Source of the DNA: Chloroflexota bacterium
GTDB lineage: Bacteria; Chloroflexota; UBA5177
Reading direction: 5' to 3'
Length of the DNA: 64,000 nt
Assembly: GCA_025449555.1 (NCBI GenBank)
Contig: JANWJD010000223.1
Coordinates: 1,185 to 65,184 of the forward strand
Under the pieces are notes generated by a model. The model had not been told where the DNA came from. It made no database searches and saw nothing but the letters and a program-made list of their open reading frames with translations. The position numbers and the translations under genes were made by a program. This document shows positions 47,922 through 56,262 of the stretch, piece after piece. Numbering within the stretch: position 1 is the first letter of the stretch; the number at the start of each line of letters is the position of its first letter.

Positions 47922-49331
47922 TTAGCCGCCTACTTCGACGGCTACAGTCTCTTCGGTGTCTTCCGCCGCGGCAGCTGTTAGATCGGCGATAGCTTCCGTG
48001 GCCTCGGTAGAAATCTCCTCGCCCCCGGTCACTGTCTCGACCAACTTTTGAATGGCCCGTTGTCGGCGCAGCCGATTTCGAATGGTCGTGCGCACTGCCG
48101 ACGATGTGCGTAAGCGCCGTCGTTCGGCATCGCTTGTTTGCATGCTCCTAAGAGCGTCCTCCAGCGCGGCGTCCAGTTCGCGATTGGTGACTGCAATGTT
48201 CTCGGCATCCGCGATTGCGCCGAGCACGAGCGATTGCTTCACGTTTTTGGCTGCCGAATCTCGCATGTCGCGGCGCAAGTCCGCCTCGGACTTCTGAGTC
48301 GCCTCCAGATACGTCTCCAGCGACAAGCGCTGTCGCTCAAATGTGGATCGCATGTCTTCGATCGTACGGTCGATCTCTTCCTCCACCAATACGGGCGGGA
48401 TATCGATGAAGGTGCGGTCCGTCACGGCTTCCACTGCATCATTCACCAACTTCTCGTCGGCTTCAATGCGACGTTCCAATTCGATGTTGCCCCGCAGGGC
48501 ATCACGAAGTTCATCGAACGTTTCAAATGCACTCACACTTTGCGCAAAGTCGTCATCCAGGTCCGGCAAGACTTTACGCTTCGTCTCCTTGGCCAGGGCA
48601 CGCACCAGCATGGTCTTGTCGGCAAGAATGTCATCTCGATAATCCGTCGGCAACGACAATGCAGCTTCGCGGATTTCGCCGGCTGTTATTCCGACAAGTT
48701 CGGCTGTCAGGCCGGGAAGCATGGTATCCGGCTCGCCGTTTTCCTCATCAGTCAATTCGAACTCGGCATTGTCGTTATTGATAATCTCTTCGCCGTCCAC
48801 CCGCCCCGTGATATTGATTGTGACCACGTCGCCGATCTGTGCAGGACGGCTCACCGGCTCAAGAGTCGCGTTGCGCCGTCGGATGTCCTCGAGCACCTGG
48901 TTTACATCGTCATCGGAGACTTCGACCTGCTCGCGCTCGACCCGAATCGTGCTGTAGTCGGGCAACTGAACCTCGGGTTTGACCGCCACCGTCGCCTCGA
49001 AATGGAAAGGCTCGCCGGCTTCGACGTGCTCATGCGAGTCCGGACCGGTGTCGATCTCAGCCTGGTCGATCGGAATCAAGTTCTCGCTGTCGATTGCTTT
49101 GCGGTACCCCCAGCGCACGGCCTCATCGGTTGCCTCGTGCAAAAAGTACTCGGGGCCCACCATGCGTTCTACCACCGCGCGCGGTGCCTTCCCCTTGCGG
49201 AAGCCCGGAATCGTCACGCGCTGCACCAACTGCTTATAGGTGCGATCCAGCGCGCCTTCCACCTCTTCCGGTGTAAGCTCCACCTTCAAGGCAACGCGGC
49301 TTTCTGGGAGCCTGGTGACTTCTACGTTCAT
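47922..49331 (-). CDS. tig: trigger factor
   Basis: N-terminal ribosome-binding signature GFRKGKAP, PPIase middle domain and acidic C-terminal domain. Confidence 0.95.
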   Translation of the reverse strand: MNVEVTRLPESRVALKVELTPEEVEGALDRTYKQLVQRVTIPGFRKGKAPRAVVERMVGPEYFLHEATDEAVRWGYRKAIDSENLIPIDQAEIDTGPDSHEHVEAGEPFHFEATVAVKPEVQLPDYSTIRVEREQVEVSDDDVNQVLEDIRRRNATLEPVSRPAQIGDVVTINITGRVDGEEIINNDNAEFELTDEENGEPDTMLPGLTAELVGITAGEIREAALSLPTDYRDDILADKTMLVRALAKETKRKVLPDLDDDFAQSVSAFETFDELRDALRGNIELERRIEADEKLVNDAVEAVTDRTFIDIPPVLVEEEIDRTIEDMRSTFERQRLSLETYLEATQKSEADLRRDMRDSAAKNVKQSLVLGAIADAENIAVTNRELDAALEDALRSMQTSDAERRRLRTSSAVRTTIRNRLRRQRAIQKLVETVTGGEEISTEATEAIADLTAAAAEDTEETVAVEVGG

Positions 49332-49415
49332 GTACTACCTTAGATTCATTTACCGGCCGACTAGAAGCCAGGAGCCAAGCGTCCGCTCGACGAAACCACG
49401 AGTTCGGTGCGTTGG

Positions 49416-49500
49416 TGGTGGGGACGGAGGGACTCGAACCCTCACGCCAAAAGGCACATGATCCTAAGTCATGCCTGTCTACCAATTCCAGCACATCCCC
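49416..49500 (-). tRNA. tRNA-Leu (anticodon UAG)
   Basis: Hand fold of the reverse complement. Acceptor GGGGATG/CGTCCCC, anticodon arm CATGA-CTTAGGA-TCATG, long variable arm, T arm GAGGG-TTCGAGT-CCCTC, encoded CCA. Confidence 0.9.
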
Positions 49501-49577
49501 ATGGCAATCATGGCTCCGCGACCTCGCCTTGAGCATATCAGATTGGCTCTCTGACTCAGTTTTTGGAACCGCAACCG

Positions 49578-49586
49578 TGCTAGAAT
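49578..49586 (+). promoter_or_regulatory. extended -10 (TGCTAGAAT) candidate for tRNA-Leu(UAA)
   Basis: TGnTAGAAT ends 20 nt upstream of the mature tRNA 5' end. No convincing -35. Confidence 0.4.
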
Positions 49587-49606
49587 CGCCGGGTCTAACC
49601 GGCTTC

Positions 49607-49693
49607 GCCGACGTGGCGGAATTGGCATACGCACGGGACTTAAAATCCCGGGGCCTCTGGGCATTGTGGGTTCGAGTCCCACCGTCGGCACCA
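49607..49693 (+). tRNA. tRNA-Leu (anticodon UAA)
   Basis: Acceptor GCCGACG/CGTCGGC, anticodon arm CGGGA-CTTAAAA-TCCCG, long variable arm, T arm GTGGG-TTCGAGT-CCCAC, encoded CCA. Confidence 0.9.
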
Positions 49694-49720
49694 CACCGTA
49701 TGCGGGAGATGCGAGCACGC

Positions 49721-49897
49721 ATGGCAGCAAACGACTTCTTCGAAGAGAACTGCGAGAATTGCAGATTTCTTCTGCCGGACGATCGCTGCGGCAATGCCGA
49801 ATCCGTCTACCACCAACGCGCCATGGTGTACCGCGATGGCGACGAGGTGGTACAGACGGGTTGGTGTGATTACTGGTCCCGGACTCTCGAACCGTAG
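49721..49897 (+). CDS. small Cys-motif protein, HiPIP-like pattern (hypothetical)
   Basis: MAANDFFEENCENCRFLLPDDRCGNAESVYHQRAMVYRDGDEVVQTGWCDYWSRTLEP. CxxCxF ... C ... GWCxxW resembles the HiPIP 4-Cys signature. GGGAGA lies upstream. Alternative ATGs at 49700 and 49709. Confidence 0.35.
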   Translation: MAANDFFEENCENCRFLLPDDRCGNAESVYHQRAMVYRDGDEVVQTGWCDYWSRTLEP

Positions 49898-49955
49898 CGC
49901 GTCATTCAATGCCCGAATCTACCCTGGCCAATACGACTCTTGCGGTCCTTTGCCG

Positions 49956-49985
49956 TTGACGAACGCCCGTCAAGAGTGGTAATAT
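49956..49985 (+). promoter_or_regulatory. promoter candidate for the infC-rpmI-rplT operon
   Basis: TTGACG (49956-49961), 18-nt spacer ending in TGG (extended -10 TGn), TAATAT (49980-49985). Confidence 0.55.
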
Positions 49986-50043
49986 GATGGGAGCAGCGAT
50001 GTACGGTTGTCGCTGCTTCTCTATGTTTTGAGGAGGTTTACCC

Positions 50044-50613
50044 ATCTCGAAGGACCTGCGAATTAATAACCAAATTCGGGCACGCGAAGTCCGCATGATC
50101 GGACAAAATGGCGAACAGTTGGGCATCGTTCCATTGCCTCGTGCGCTCGACATGGCCCGAAATGACAATTTGGACCTCGTTGAAGTCAGCCCCATGGCGC
50201 AACCGCCCGTGTGCCGGCTTCTCGATTACGGAAAATACAAATACGAGCAAACGCGGAAAGAGCGTGAAGCTCGTAAGACACAAAAGACTCAGACGCTCAA
50301 AGAAATGCGACTCAAACCGAAAATTGGCGAGCACGACCTGGTCTTTAAAACGAAGCTCATTCAGGGCTTTTTGAACGAGGGCGACAAGGTAAAGGTCACC
50401 GTAAACTTCCGCGGACGCGAAAATGCGCACCCGGAATTGGGCCGAGTCGTCCTGGAAGAAGTCGTGAAACGCCTCGAGGGAAGTGGAGTCGTCGAACGAA
50501 TGCCATTGCTCGAGGGACGTGCCATGACGATGATCCTGACCCCGGCACCGGTCAAGCCGGCTCCGGCTCGACCTAAAGAGCCTTCGGCCCCGCCGGCGGC
50601 TCCAACGGCTTAA
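50044..50613 (+). CDS. infC: translation initiation factor IF-3
   Basis: Reading upstream of the ORF-track ATG (50095) in frame gives ISKDLRINNQIRAREVRMIGQNGEQLG, which aligns with IF-3 N-termini (MSKD..IN..IRAREVRLI). AGGAGG (50031-50036) lies 7 nt before ATC 50044. Confidence 0.9.
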   Translation: MSKDLRINNQIRAREVRMIGQNGEQLGIVPLPRALDMARNDNLDLVEVSPMAQPPVCRLLDYGKYKYEQTRKEREARKTQKTQTLKEMRLKPKIGEHDLVFKTKLIQGFLNEGDKVKVTVNFRGRENAHPELGRVVLEEVVKRLEGSGVVERMPLLEGRAMTMILTPAPVKPAPARPKEPSAPPAAPTA

Positions 50614-50637
50614 ATCGAATCAAGGAACGAGGGAAGC

Positions 50638-50844
50638 GTGCCGAAGATTAAAACGCACAAGGCGACGGCGAAGCGCATCAAGGTAACCGGAACCGGCAAA
50701 ATTCTACGCAGCCGCGGTTTCCAGAACCACAAGAAATCTGCCAAGTCAAAGCGCTCCCTGCGCAAGATGGACGACATGTTCGTGGCCAATGCGGGCATGA
50801 AACGACGCATCAGGGCGCTGGTTCCCGGCTTGAAAGCGAAGTAG
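50638..50844 (+). CDS. rpmI: 50S ribosomal protein L35
   Basis: [22 protein letters not shown]... Confidence 0.95.
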   Translation: MPKIKTHKATAKRIKVTGTGKILRSRGFQNHKKSAKSKRSLRKMDDMFVANAGMKRRIRALVPGLKAK

Positions 50845-50854
50845 GAGCGAGAGC

Positions 50855-51211
50855 ATGCCACGAGTAAAGGGCGGGCCAGAATCGCATCGCCGCCACAAAA
50901 AAGTTCTGAAGCAGGCAGCGGGCCACCGCGGTGCCAGGAGTCGACATTTTCGATCGGCGAACGAATCGCTGACTCACGCCCTGGCGTACGCCTACCGTGA
51001 CCGCCGTACTCGCAAGCGCACCATGCGCGCCCTCTGGATTGTTCGCATCAACGCGGCCGCTCGTCAACACGGCGTTAGCTATAGCCAGTTCATGCATCTA
51101 TTGAAGGAAGCGCACGTCGGGCTCGATCGCAAAATGCTGGCCGACCTCGCCGTGCGTGAGCCCGCGACCTTCGAACGCATCGTCAGCGAGGTTCGCGTTC
51201 CGGTTGCATAG
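50855..51211 (+). CDS. rplT: 50S ribosomal protein L20
   Basis: MPRVKGGPESHRRHKKVLKQAAGHRG...INAAARQHGVSYSQFMHLLK. Confidence 0.95.
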   Translation: MPRVKGGPESHRRHKKVLKQAAGHRGARSRHFRSANESLTHALAYAYRDRRTRKRTMRALWIVRINAAARQHGVSYSQFMHLLKEAHVGLDRKMLADLAVREPATFERIVSEVRVPVA

Positions 51212-52023
51212 TGCGCCTCACCAGCACGCATAACCCGGTAGTCAAATATGTACGGTCGCTCGAACGAGCGGCCGTCCGTCGTGAAACTGGGGAATATGTG
51301 GCTGAAGGCGTGCGACTGCTGCGCGAAGCTATCACCACGGGCCAGACCGCGAGAGTGGTCCTGTACAATCCCGAGGCGCTGCAACGGACTCCCGAGGGCT
51401 CGCGGCTGCTGACGGAGCTTCCCATGTGGGGAGCGGAGTCGCACGAGGTTGACCCTCACGTCTTGAAAGCCGCCTCGCATACCGACACTCCGGCCGGGGC
51501 ACTGGCAATCCTCACCTTGCCCTCAGCGCCATCCTTCGAAGCGCAACGGGACGCGCAATTCGGGGTCGTGCTCGATACGGTCTCGGATCCCGGCAATGCG
51601 GGTACCATCGCCCGCACCGCGCGCGCCGTCGGGGCCGACTACCTGGTCACCACGAAGGCCTCGGTCGATCTCTTCGGGCCCAAAGCGGTCCGTGCCGGCA
51701 TGGGAGCACACTTTACTCTACCGCTGTACTCCGGGGTGGAGTGGGAGGACCTTCAGGGAGCCTTGAGTAACACGAGTTTCATCGCGGCTTCGATCGACGG
51801 CGAACACTCGATGTTCGATTTTGCATGGCCCGACCGCTCAGCGCTGGTGGTTGGCAGCGAGGCGCATGGTCTTTCGCCACAAGCTGCTTCCTATATCGAT
51901 GCACGCGTTCGCATTCCGATGAATCGAGGGGTACAATCGCTGAACGCTTCTATTGCCGCCGGCATCCTGATGTACGCGGCCCGTGCCCCGATCCTGTCCT
52001 CGGAGTCACAGCGTTACAAATGA
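51211..52023 (+). CDS. TrmH/SpoU-family RNA 2'-O-methyltransferase
   Basis: SpoU motifs (LDTVSDPGNAGTIARTA, LVVGSEAHGLS, IPMNRGVQSLNASIAAGILMY). GTG start overlaps the rplT stop. Confidence 0.85.
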   Translation: MRLTSTHNPVVKYVRSLERAAVRRETGEYVAEGVRLLREAITTGQTARVVLYNPEALQRTPEGSRLLTELPMWGAESHEVDPHVLKAASHTDTPAGALAILTLPSAPSFEAQRDAQFGVVLDTVSDPGNAGTIARTARAVGADYLVTTKASVDLFGPKAVRAGMGAHFTLPLYSGVEWEDLQGALSNTSFIAASIDGEHSMFDFAWPDRSALVVGSEAHGLSPQAASYIDARVRIPMNRGVQSLNASIAAGILMYAARAPILSSESQRYK

Positions 52024-52643
52024 GCGCCTTTCGCGTAGTAGCAGACGATGACATGCAAGGGGAGCGGATAGAGGGCGCGCTAAACGCACGTTCGCTCCCG
52101 GCCGAAACCTGGTCCGTCGATGGCGATGCGGCGCTGGCCGAGGCCGCGAAAGTGGATCGTCAGGCCTTCGGAGAACTGTATGAGCGGTACTACACACGCG
52201 TCTACCGATACGTCTACCACAGGCTCGGCAACCCGGCTGAAGCAGAAGACATTACCGCGCTCGTATTCATGAAAGCACTGGAAGCACTTCCAACCTATGA
52301 ATCGCGGAGAAATACATTTGCCCCGTGGATATTTCGGATCACGCGGAACGCCATCATCGATCACTATCGTCGAAGGCGGTTTCAAACGTCGATCGACGAC
52401 CTCGAGCATCACTCGAATGACTCGGATCCAGCCGGATACGTCCTGGATCGCGAACGCGGTGAGGAGCTCGGTGCCCTGGTCGCACATCTGTCGGACGAGC
52501 AACGAGACGTTGTGTTGTTGAGATTTGCCGGAGACCTGAGTTTTGCCGAGATCGGCACAGTGCTCAAAAAGAACGAGCCCGCCGTACGAATGCTTCTCCA
52601 TCGAGGTCTCAGGAAGATGAAGCTGGTGATGGAAAATGCGTGA
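52020..52643 (+). CDS. ECF-type RNA polymerase sigma-70 factor
   Basis: Region 2 (FGELYERYYTRVYRYVYHRLGNPAEAEDITALVF...WIFRITRNAIIDHYRRR) and region 4 (LSDEQRDVVLLRFAGDLSFAEIGTVL). ATGA overlap with the upstream gene. The ORF-track start at 51825 lies inside the methyltransferase gene. Confidence 0.9.
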   Translation: MSAFRVVADDDMQGERIEGALNARSLPAETWSVDGDAALAEAAKVDRQAFGELYERYYTRVYRYVYHRLGNPAEAEDITALVFMKALEALPTYESRRNTFAPWIFRITRNAIIDHYRRRRFQTSIDDLEHHSNDSDPAGYVLDRERGEELGALVAHLSDEQRDVVLLRFAGDLSFAEIGTVLKKNEPAVRMLLHRGLRKMKLVMENA

Positions 52644-53412
52644 CGGCGACCTCGATTCCGATCTGCAAGGCATTGCGCAGCAGGTCGCCCATTTATCCCA
52701 GCGGGTCGGTATCGACCCGCACCACAAGAATCGACTCCGTGAAGAGCTGATGCGACGCCACCAGGAGCTTTCCACCGAACTTACGCAGCGCGCGGCAGGG
52801 AAGTTCTGGCCCCGGTTGACGGGGTTAAAGCGCCTCACGCTGGTGGCGCCGCCAGCTCTTGCGGTAGTCCTGGTCGTGGGCCTTCTCGTCGGGACACTCC
52901 AGGCTACCGGGCATCATGATCCGCAAGCCGCCGAAGCGGCGCGACTCACTCGAGCCATGGCTCGGACGGTGCCGACCCTCACCAGTTGGAACGTTGCGCT
53001 TCATCGAGATCAGAGCAACGACACATCGTCGGTCGCCTGGAAAGCTCGTCTCGCCGGCAAGCGATTGGTGGTCCGGGGAAGGCAGACATACCTTCGCACT
53101 GCTCATCAATGGTTTGCAATCACGGCAGACGAAACGCACGCTCGTCGCCTGTTCGATTGGCAATGGGGTTTCGCGATCCTTCCCAATCGTTTGGCCCGCA
53201 ATCAGTTCACGCTCGTCGCTCCACTTACGATCGACGGACGAGTGGTCGAAGGCGTCCGGTATGTGCTCGCTCGGTCTAACACTCAGTCGATCGTGGCGAC
53301 TGCGTGGGTCGATCCTGCCTCGGGCCTGGTAAAGCGTCTGGAACGGGACGTCATGCGCGGATCCCATGTCGTAGAACGTGACTGGGCCGACTATACCTAC
53401 CAGAGGACATGA
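52636..53412 (+). CDS. putative anti-sigma factor (single-pass membrane protein with LolA/DUF4367-like ectodomain)
   Basis: Overlaps the sigma gene stop by 8 nt. Cytoplasmic helical N-terminus, one TM segment (LTLVAPPALAVVLVVGLLVGTL) and an extracytoplasmic domain. Confidence 0.5.
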   Translation: MRDGDLDSDLQGIAQQVAHLSQRVGIDPHHKNRLREELMRRHQELSTELTQRAAGKFWPRLTGLKRLTLVAPPALAVVLVVGLLVGTLQATGHHDPQAAEAARLTRAMARTVPTLTSWNVALHRDQSNDTSSVAWKARLAGKRLVVRGRQTYLRTAHQWFAITADETHARRLFDWQWGFAILPNRLARNQFTLVAPLTIDGRVVEGVRYVLARSNTQSIVATAWVDPASGLVKRLERDVMRGSHVVERDWADYTYQRT

Positions 53413-53864
53413 TGAGCCTTCGCCTCGCCTCGATTGCAGCGTTCGTTGCCATGGCTTTCGCCACACAGGGAGTCATGGCGAGCAGCATCCCGCCGCCGGA
53501 TCCACCGACGTGCTCCTGGTGTGATGGCCCGCCTCCACCCCCGCTGCTCGTCCCCACGGTTGCGCCGACTGAAGTGACGCCGATCAGCATCATTTCGGTG
53601 AAGCTCTCGCCCACGCACCTCCAACGCGGCCAGGTTGCTACCCTCAAGATTATGGCCGGCGCTGAGGACGAGGTCACCACGGTCGTGCAATATCGCGACT
53701 CCAAGCCCAAGACCTACAAGACGCAGATCGGGGATTCAAGGGTCGTCACAAAATCGTGGAAGATCCCGTCCAGTGCGAGCACCGGCAAGGCGCAGATCAA
53801 AGTGACGGTGAATGGCGCGGACGGCCCTTACTCCACAACTATCTCGTTCGAGATCGTCAAATAA
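53409..53864 (+). CDS. secreted hypothetical protein (Pro-rich linker plus Ig-like beta domain)
   Basis: Signal peptide MMSLRLASIAAFVAMAFATQGVMA, PPPDPPTCSWCDGPPPPP, then a beta-rich domain. ATGA overlap with the upstream gene. Confidence 0.55.
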   Translation: MMSLRLASIAAFVAMAFATQGVMASSIPPPDPPTCSWCDGPPPPPLLVPTVAPTEVTPISIISVKLSPTHLQRGQVATLKIMAGAEDEVTTVVQYRDSKPKTYKTQIGDSRVVTKSWKIPSSASTGKAQIKVTVNGADGPYSTTISFEIVK

Positions 53865-53880
53865 CGTCCCAAGCTGCACC

Positions 53881-54882
53881 TTGGATCTCCCTCTAACGCT
53901 GCGCACCGCGCTCGACCTGGCTCTCGAGCACGTCAAACCATCGGAGCTTGCTCGCGCCACTCGGGAAGTATCGGATCGGTATCGCCAGACCGATGGTCAG
54001 CCGTACTACCTGCGCACCGCTCGTGATGTGCTGGCCTATGCGGCCTTCCGCTTGCCCGCCACGTACGCGGCGACGAGCGCCGCCCTGCATGAAATCAAAG
54101 GGACCATGCCGGATTGGCGCCCGAATTCCCTGCTCGACGCAGGGGCGGGTCCAGGCTCCGCCTCCTGGGCAGCCGTCGACACCTGGCCGTCGATCATCGA
54201 CTTCGAGTTAGTGGAAACGGACGGCCGCATGATTTCCCTGGGTCGGGCGCTCATGGCTGCCGACCGCAACCTATCGGCCGCTCGCTGGACGCAATCCGAC
54301 CTCAATCATTGGTCGCCGGACGGTCACTGCGATCTCGTCGTCATGTCGTACGCTCTTGGCGAGCTCGACGAACCGCAACGAAGCGACCTCGTGCGCCGCG
54401 TATGGGAGCAGTCGTCCGGTGTCCTGGTGTTGATCGAACCCGGCACTCCCGCCGGCTTCGAGGTGATCCGGCACGCCCGCGCCGACCTGATTGCACTCGG
54501 TGCCCAGGTGGTCGCTCCCTGCCCTCATTCGTCTGCGTGTCCTATGGCGGCCGGCGACTGGTGCCATTTCAGTCAACGTCTCGCGCGCTCTCGTGCCCAC
54601 CGCGACGCCAAGCGAGTCTCCATCGGCTACGAGGACGAAAAGTATTCGTATGTAGCGGTGGCTCGTGTCCCTGCGACGCCGGCTTCTGCCCGCGTGCTGC
54701 GACATCCCCAGATTCGCCCGGGGCATATCCGGTTGGAGCTCTGCACGAACGACGGGTTACAGCACCGCATCGTGAGCAAGCGGGACACACTGTCGTTCCG
54801 GGAAGCTCGTCACGCTTCCTGGGGCAGTGGCCTTCCTTCCCACCCACGCCGAGAGGATCGTACTCAGCACGCTGGAAAGTGA
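53881..54882 (+). CDS. Rsm22-family methyltransferase-like protein
   Basis: SAM-MTase core (LLDAGAGPGSASWA) and a C-terminal Cys cluster (CPHSSACPMAAGDWCHFSQR) typical of bacterial Rsm22 homologues. TTG 53881 avoids overlap with the upstream gene. The ORF-track start is 53812. Confidence 0.7.
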   Translation: MDLPLTLRTALDLALEHVKPSELARATREVSDRYRQTDGQPYYLRTARDVLAYAAFRLPATYAATSAALHEIKGTMPDWRPNSLLDAGAGPGSASWAAVDTWPSIIDFELVETDGRMISLGRALMAADRNLSAARWTQSDLNHWSPDGHCDLVVMSYALGELDEPQRSDLVRRVWEQSSGVLVLIEPGTPAGFEVIRHARADLIALGAQVVAPCPHSSACPMAAGDWCHFSQRLARSRAHRDAKRVSIGYEDEKYSYVAVARVPATPASARVLRHPQIRPGHIRLELCTNDGLQHRIVSKRDTLSFREARHASWGSGLPSHPRREDRTQHAGK

Positions 54883-54939
54883 AGTGCGGACTGGCCGTGA
54901 TAAACTCATGGAAACGCCCGTTCTCGCGGCGTCATCATC

Positions 54940-55180
54940 TTGGCAAAGACGGAGAGAGTAACCGGACTCGTCGCACCAGGGAAGAGGGGCCACCGACTGG
55001 AAGCCCTTCCGCACTGAGTACGGTGAAATTCACTCCCGAGCCGGCGACTGAACTGCAGTAGGTCGCACCGGGCCCCGCCGGTACCGGGGGTGAGAGCGGT
55101 CGTTTCTCCAAGTCGAGGACGGCAATGAGGGTGGCACCACGGACAGGCCGGTTCGTCCCTACGAACCGGCCTTTTGTATT
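54940..55180 (+). promoter_or_regulatory. T-box leader (tRNA-Phe-responsive) controlling pheST
   Basis: Stem I specifier-loop architecture: the 5' side is GGAG-AGAGAGUA-ACCG and the 3' side is CGGU-GAAAUUCA-CUCC, with UUC (Phe) at 55029-55031 followed by A. T-box sequence AAUGAGGGUGGCACCACGG at 55124-55142. Terminator hairpin follows directly. Confidence 0.85.
55145..55180 (+). terminator. intrinsic terminator of the T-box leader
   Basis: AGGCCGGTTCG-TCCCTA-CGAACCGGCCT, a perfect 11-bp stem, followed by TTTGTATT. The GGGAGG RBS and GTG 55196 of pheS follow. Confidence 0.8.
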
Positions 55181-55195
55181 GGGAGGCAATTCAGC

Positions 55196-56239
55196 GTGAA
55201 CGAAGAATTCAAAGGTGCCCTCGACCGGCTTGAAGCGGCTCGGGCCGAGGGCCTTGACGCGGTGGCCGCGACTTTGTCTACGGCGGAACTCGAAAACGTG
55301 CGCGTGCAGTACACCGGCAAGAAATCGAATGTATCCCAGGTGACGCAGGTCATGGGGCGGCTCGACGCCGATGAACGGAAGCAACTCGGCGCCGCCGTCA
55401 ACGCAGCGAAAACTGAACTCGAGACGGCACTGTCGAAGCGGCAAACCGAGCTTGGTCGGCGCGAACAGGAGCAACGCTTCGAACACGAACGCGTTGACGT
55501 CACGCTTCCCGGCATGCCGTATCCTGACGGCTACAGACACCCACTACTACTGAGCGTGCGCGAAATTCTCGGCATTTTGGGACGCATGGGATACGACGTC
55601 TTCGAAGGGCCGGACGTGGAGTGGGAACGCTATAACTTCGATCTCCTGAACACGCCCAAACATCACCCCGCGCGCGACGTTCAGGACACGTTCTGGGTCG
55701 GCGATGAGATGGTTCTGCGTACCCAGACCTCACCGGCACAGATTCGCTACATGAAGGCGCACCAACCTCCCATCCGTGCCGCGATGCCCGGCTTCTGTTA
55801 CCGGAACGAGGCGGAGGACGCCTCACATGCCGACCGCTTCTATCAGATCGAAGGTCTGGCTGTGGACACCGACATCCGGTTGACCGATCTCAAGGGCACT
55901 CTGACGGAGATTTGCCGGGTGTACTTCGGCGAGGGACGCCGCGTTCGGTTTCGGCCGCACTACTTCCCGTTTACCGAGCCGAGCGCCGAGCTCGATATCG
56001 AGTGCAGCGTCTGCCACGGAACCGGGTGTCGCTCCTGCGGCGGTGAGGGTTGGCTCGAGCTCGGCGGCTCAGGCATGGTTCATCCCAACGTCTTACGGGC
56101 TGTCGGTTACGATCCCGAAAAGGTGAGCGGCTTTGCCTTCGGCATCGGCCCCGATCGCTACACCATGATGAAGTACGGGATCACCGATTTGCGATTGTTC
56201 CGCGAAGACGATTTACGCTTCATCGCTCAGTTCAATTGA
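55196..56239 (+). CDS. pheS: phenylalanine--tRNA ligase alpha subunit
   Basis: Class II aaRS motifs (HPARDVQDTFW, FRPHYFPFTEPS, GSGMVHPNVL, AFGIGPDR). Confidence 0.97.
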   Translation: MNEEFKGALDRLEAARAEGLDAVAATLSTAELENVRVQYTGKKSNVSQVTQVMGRLDADERKQLGAAVNAAKTELETALSKRQTELGRREQEQRFEHERVDVTLPGMPYPDGYRHPLLLSVREILGILGRMGYDVFEGPDVEWERYNFDLLNTPKHHPARDVQDTFWVGDEMVLRTQTSPAQIRYMKAHQPPIRAAMPGFCYRNEAEDASHADRFYQIEGLAVDTDIRLTDLKGTLTEICRVYFGEGRRVRFRPHYFPFTEPSAELDIECSVCHGTGCRSCGGEGWLELGGSGMVHPNVLRAVGYDPEKVSGFAFGIGPDRYTMMKYGITDLRLFREDDLRFIAQFN

Positions 56240-56262
56240 TTCGAGAGTAGGAAGAATCGAAC

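Noticed and set aside
48138-49343. 401-aa ORF antisense to trigger factor
   Set aside because: Same reasoning: it mirrors the tig reading frame and has no motifs or RBS.
49234-49794. 186-aa minus ORF and the 5' part of the 49412-49897 plus ORF
   Set aside because: Both run through the two tRNA-Leu genes. Only the last ~60 codons of the plus ORF (49700-49897) are free of tRNA sequence, and those were kept as a low-confidence CDS.
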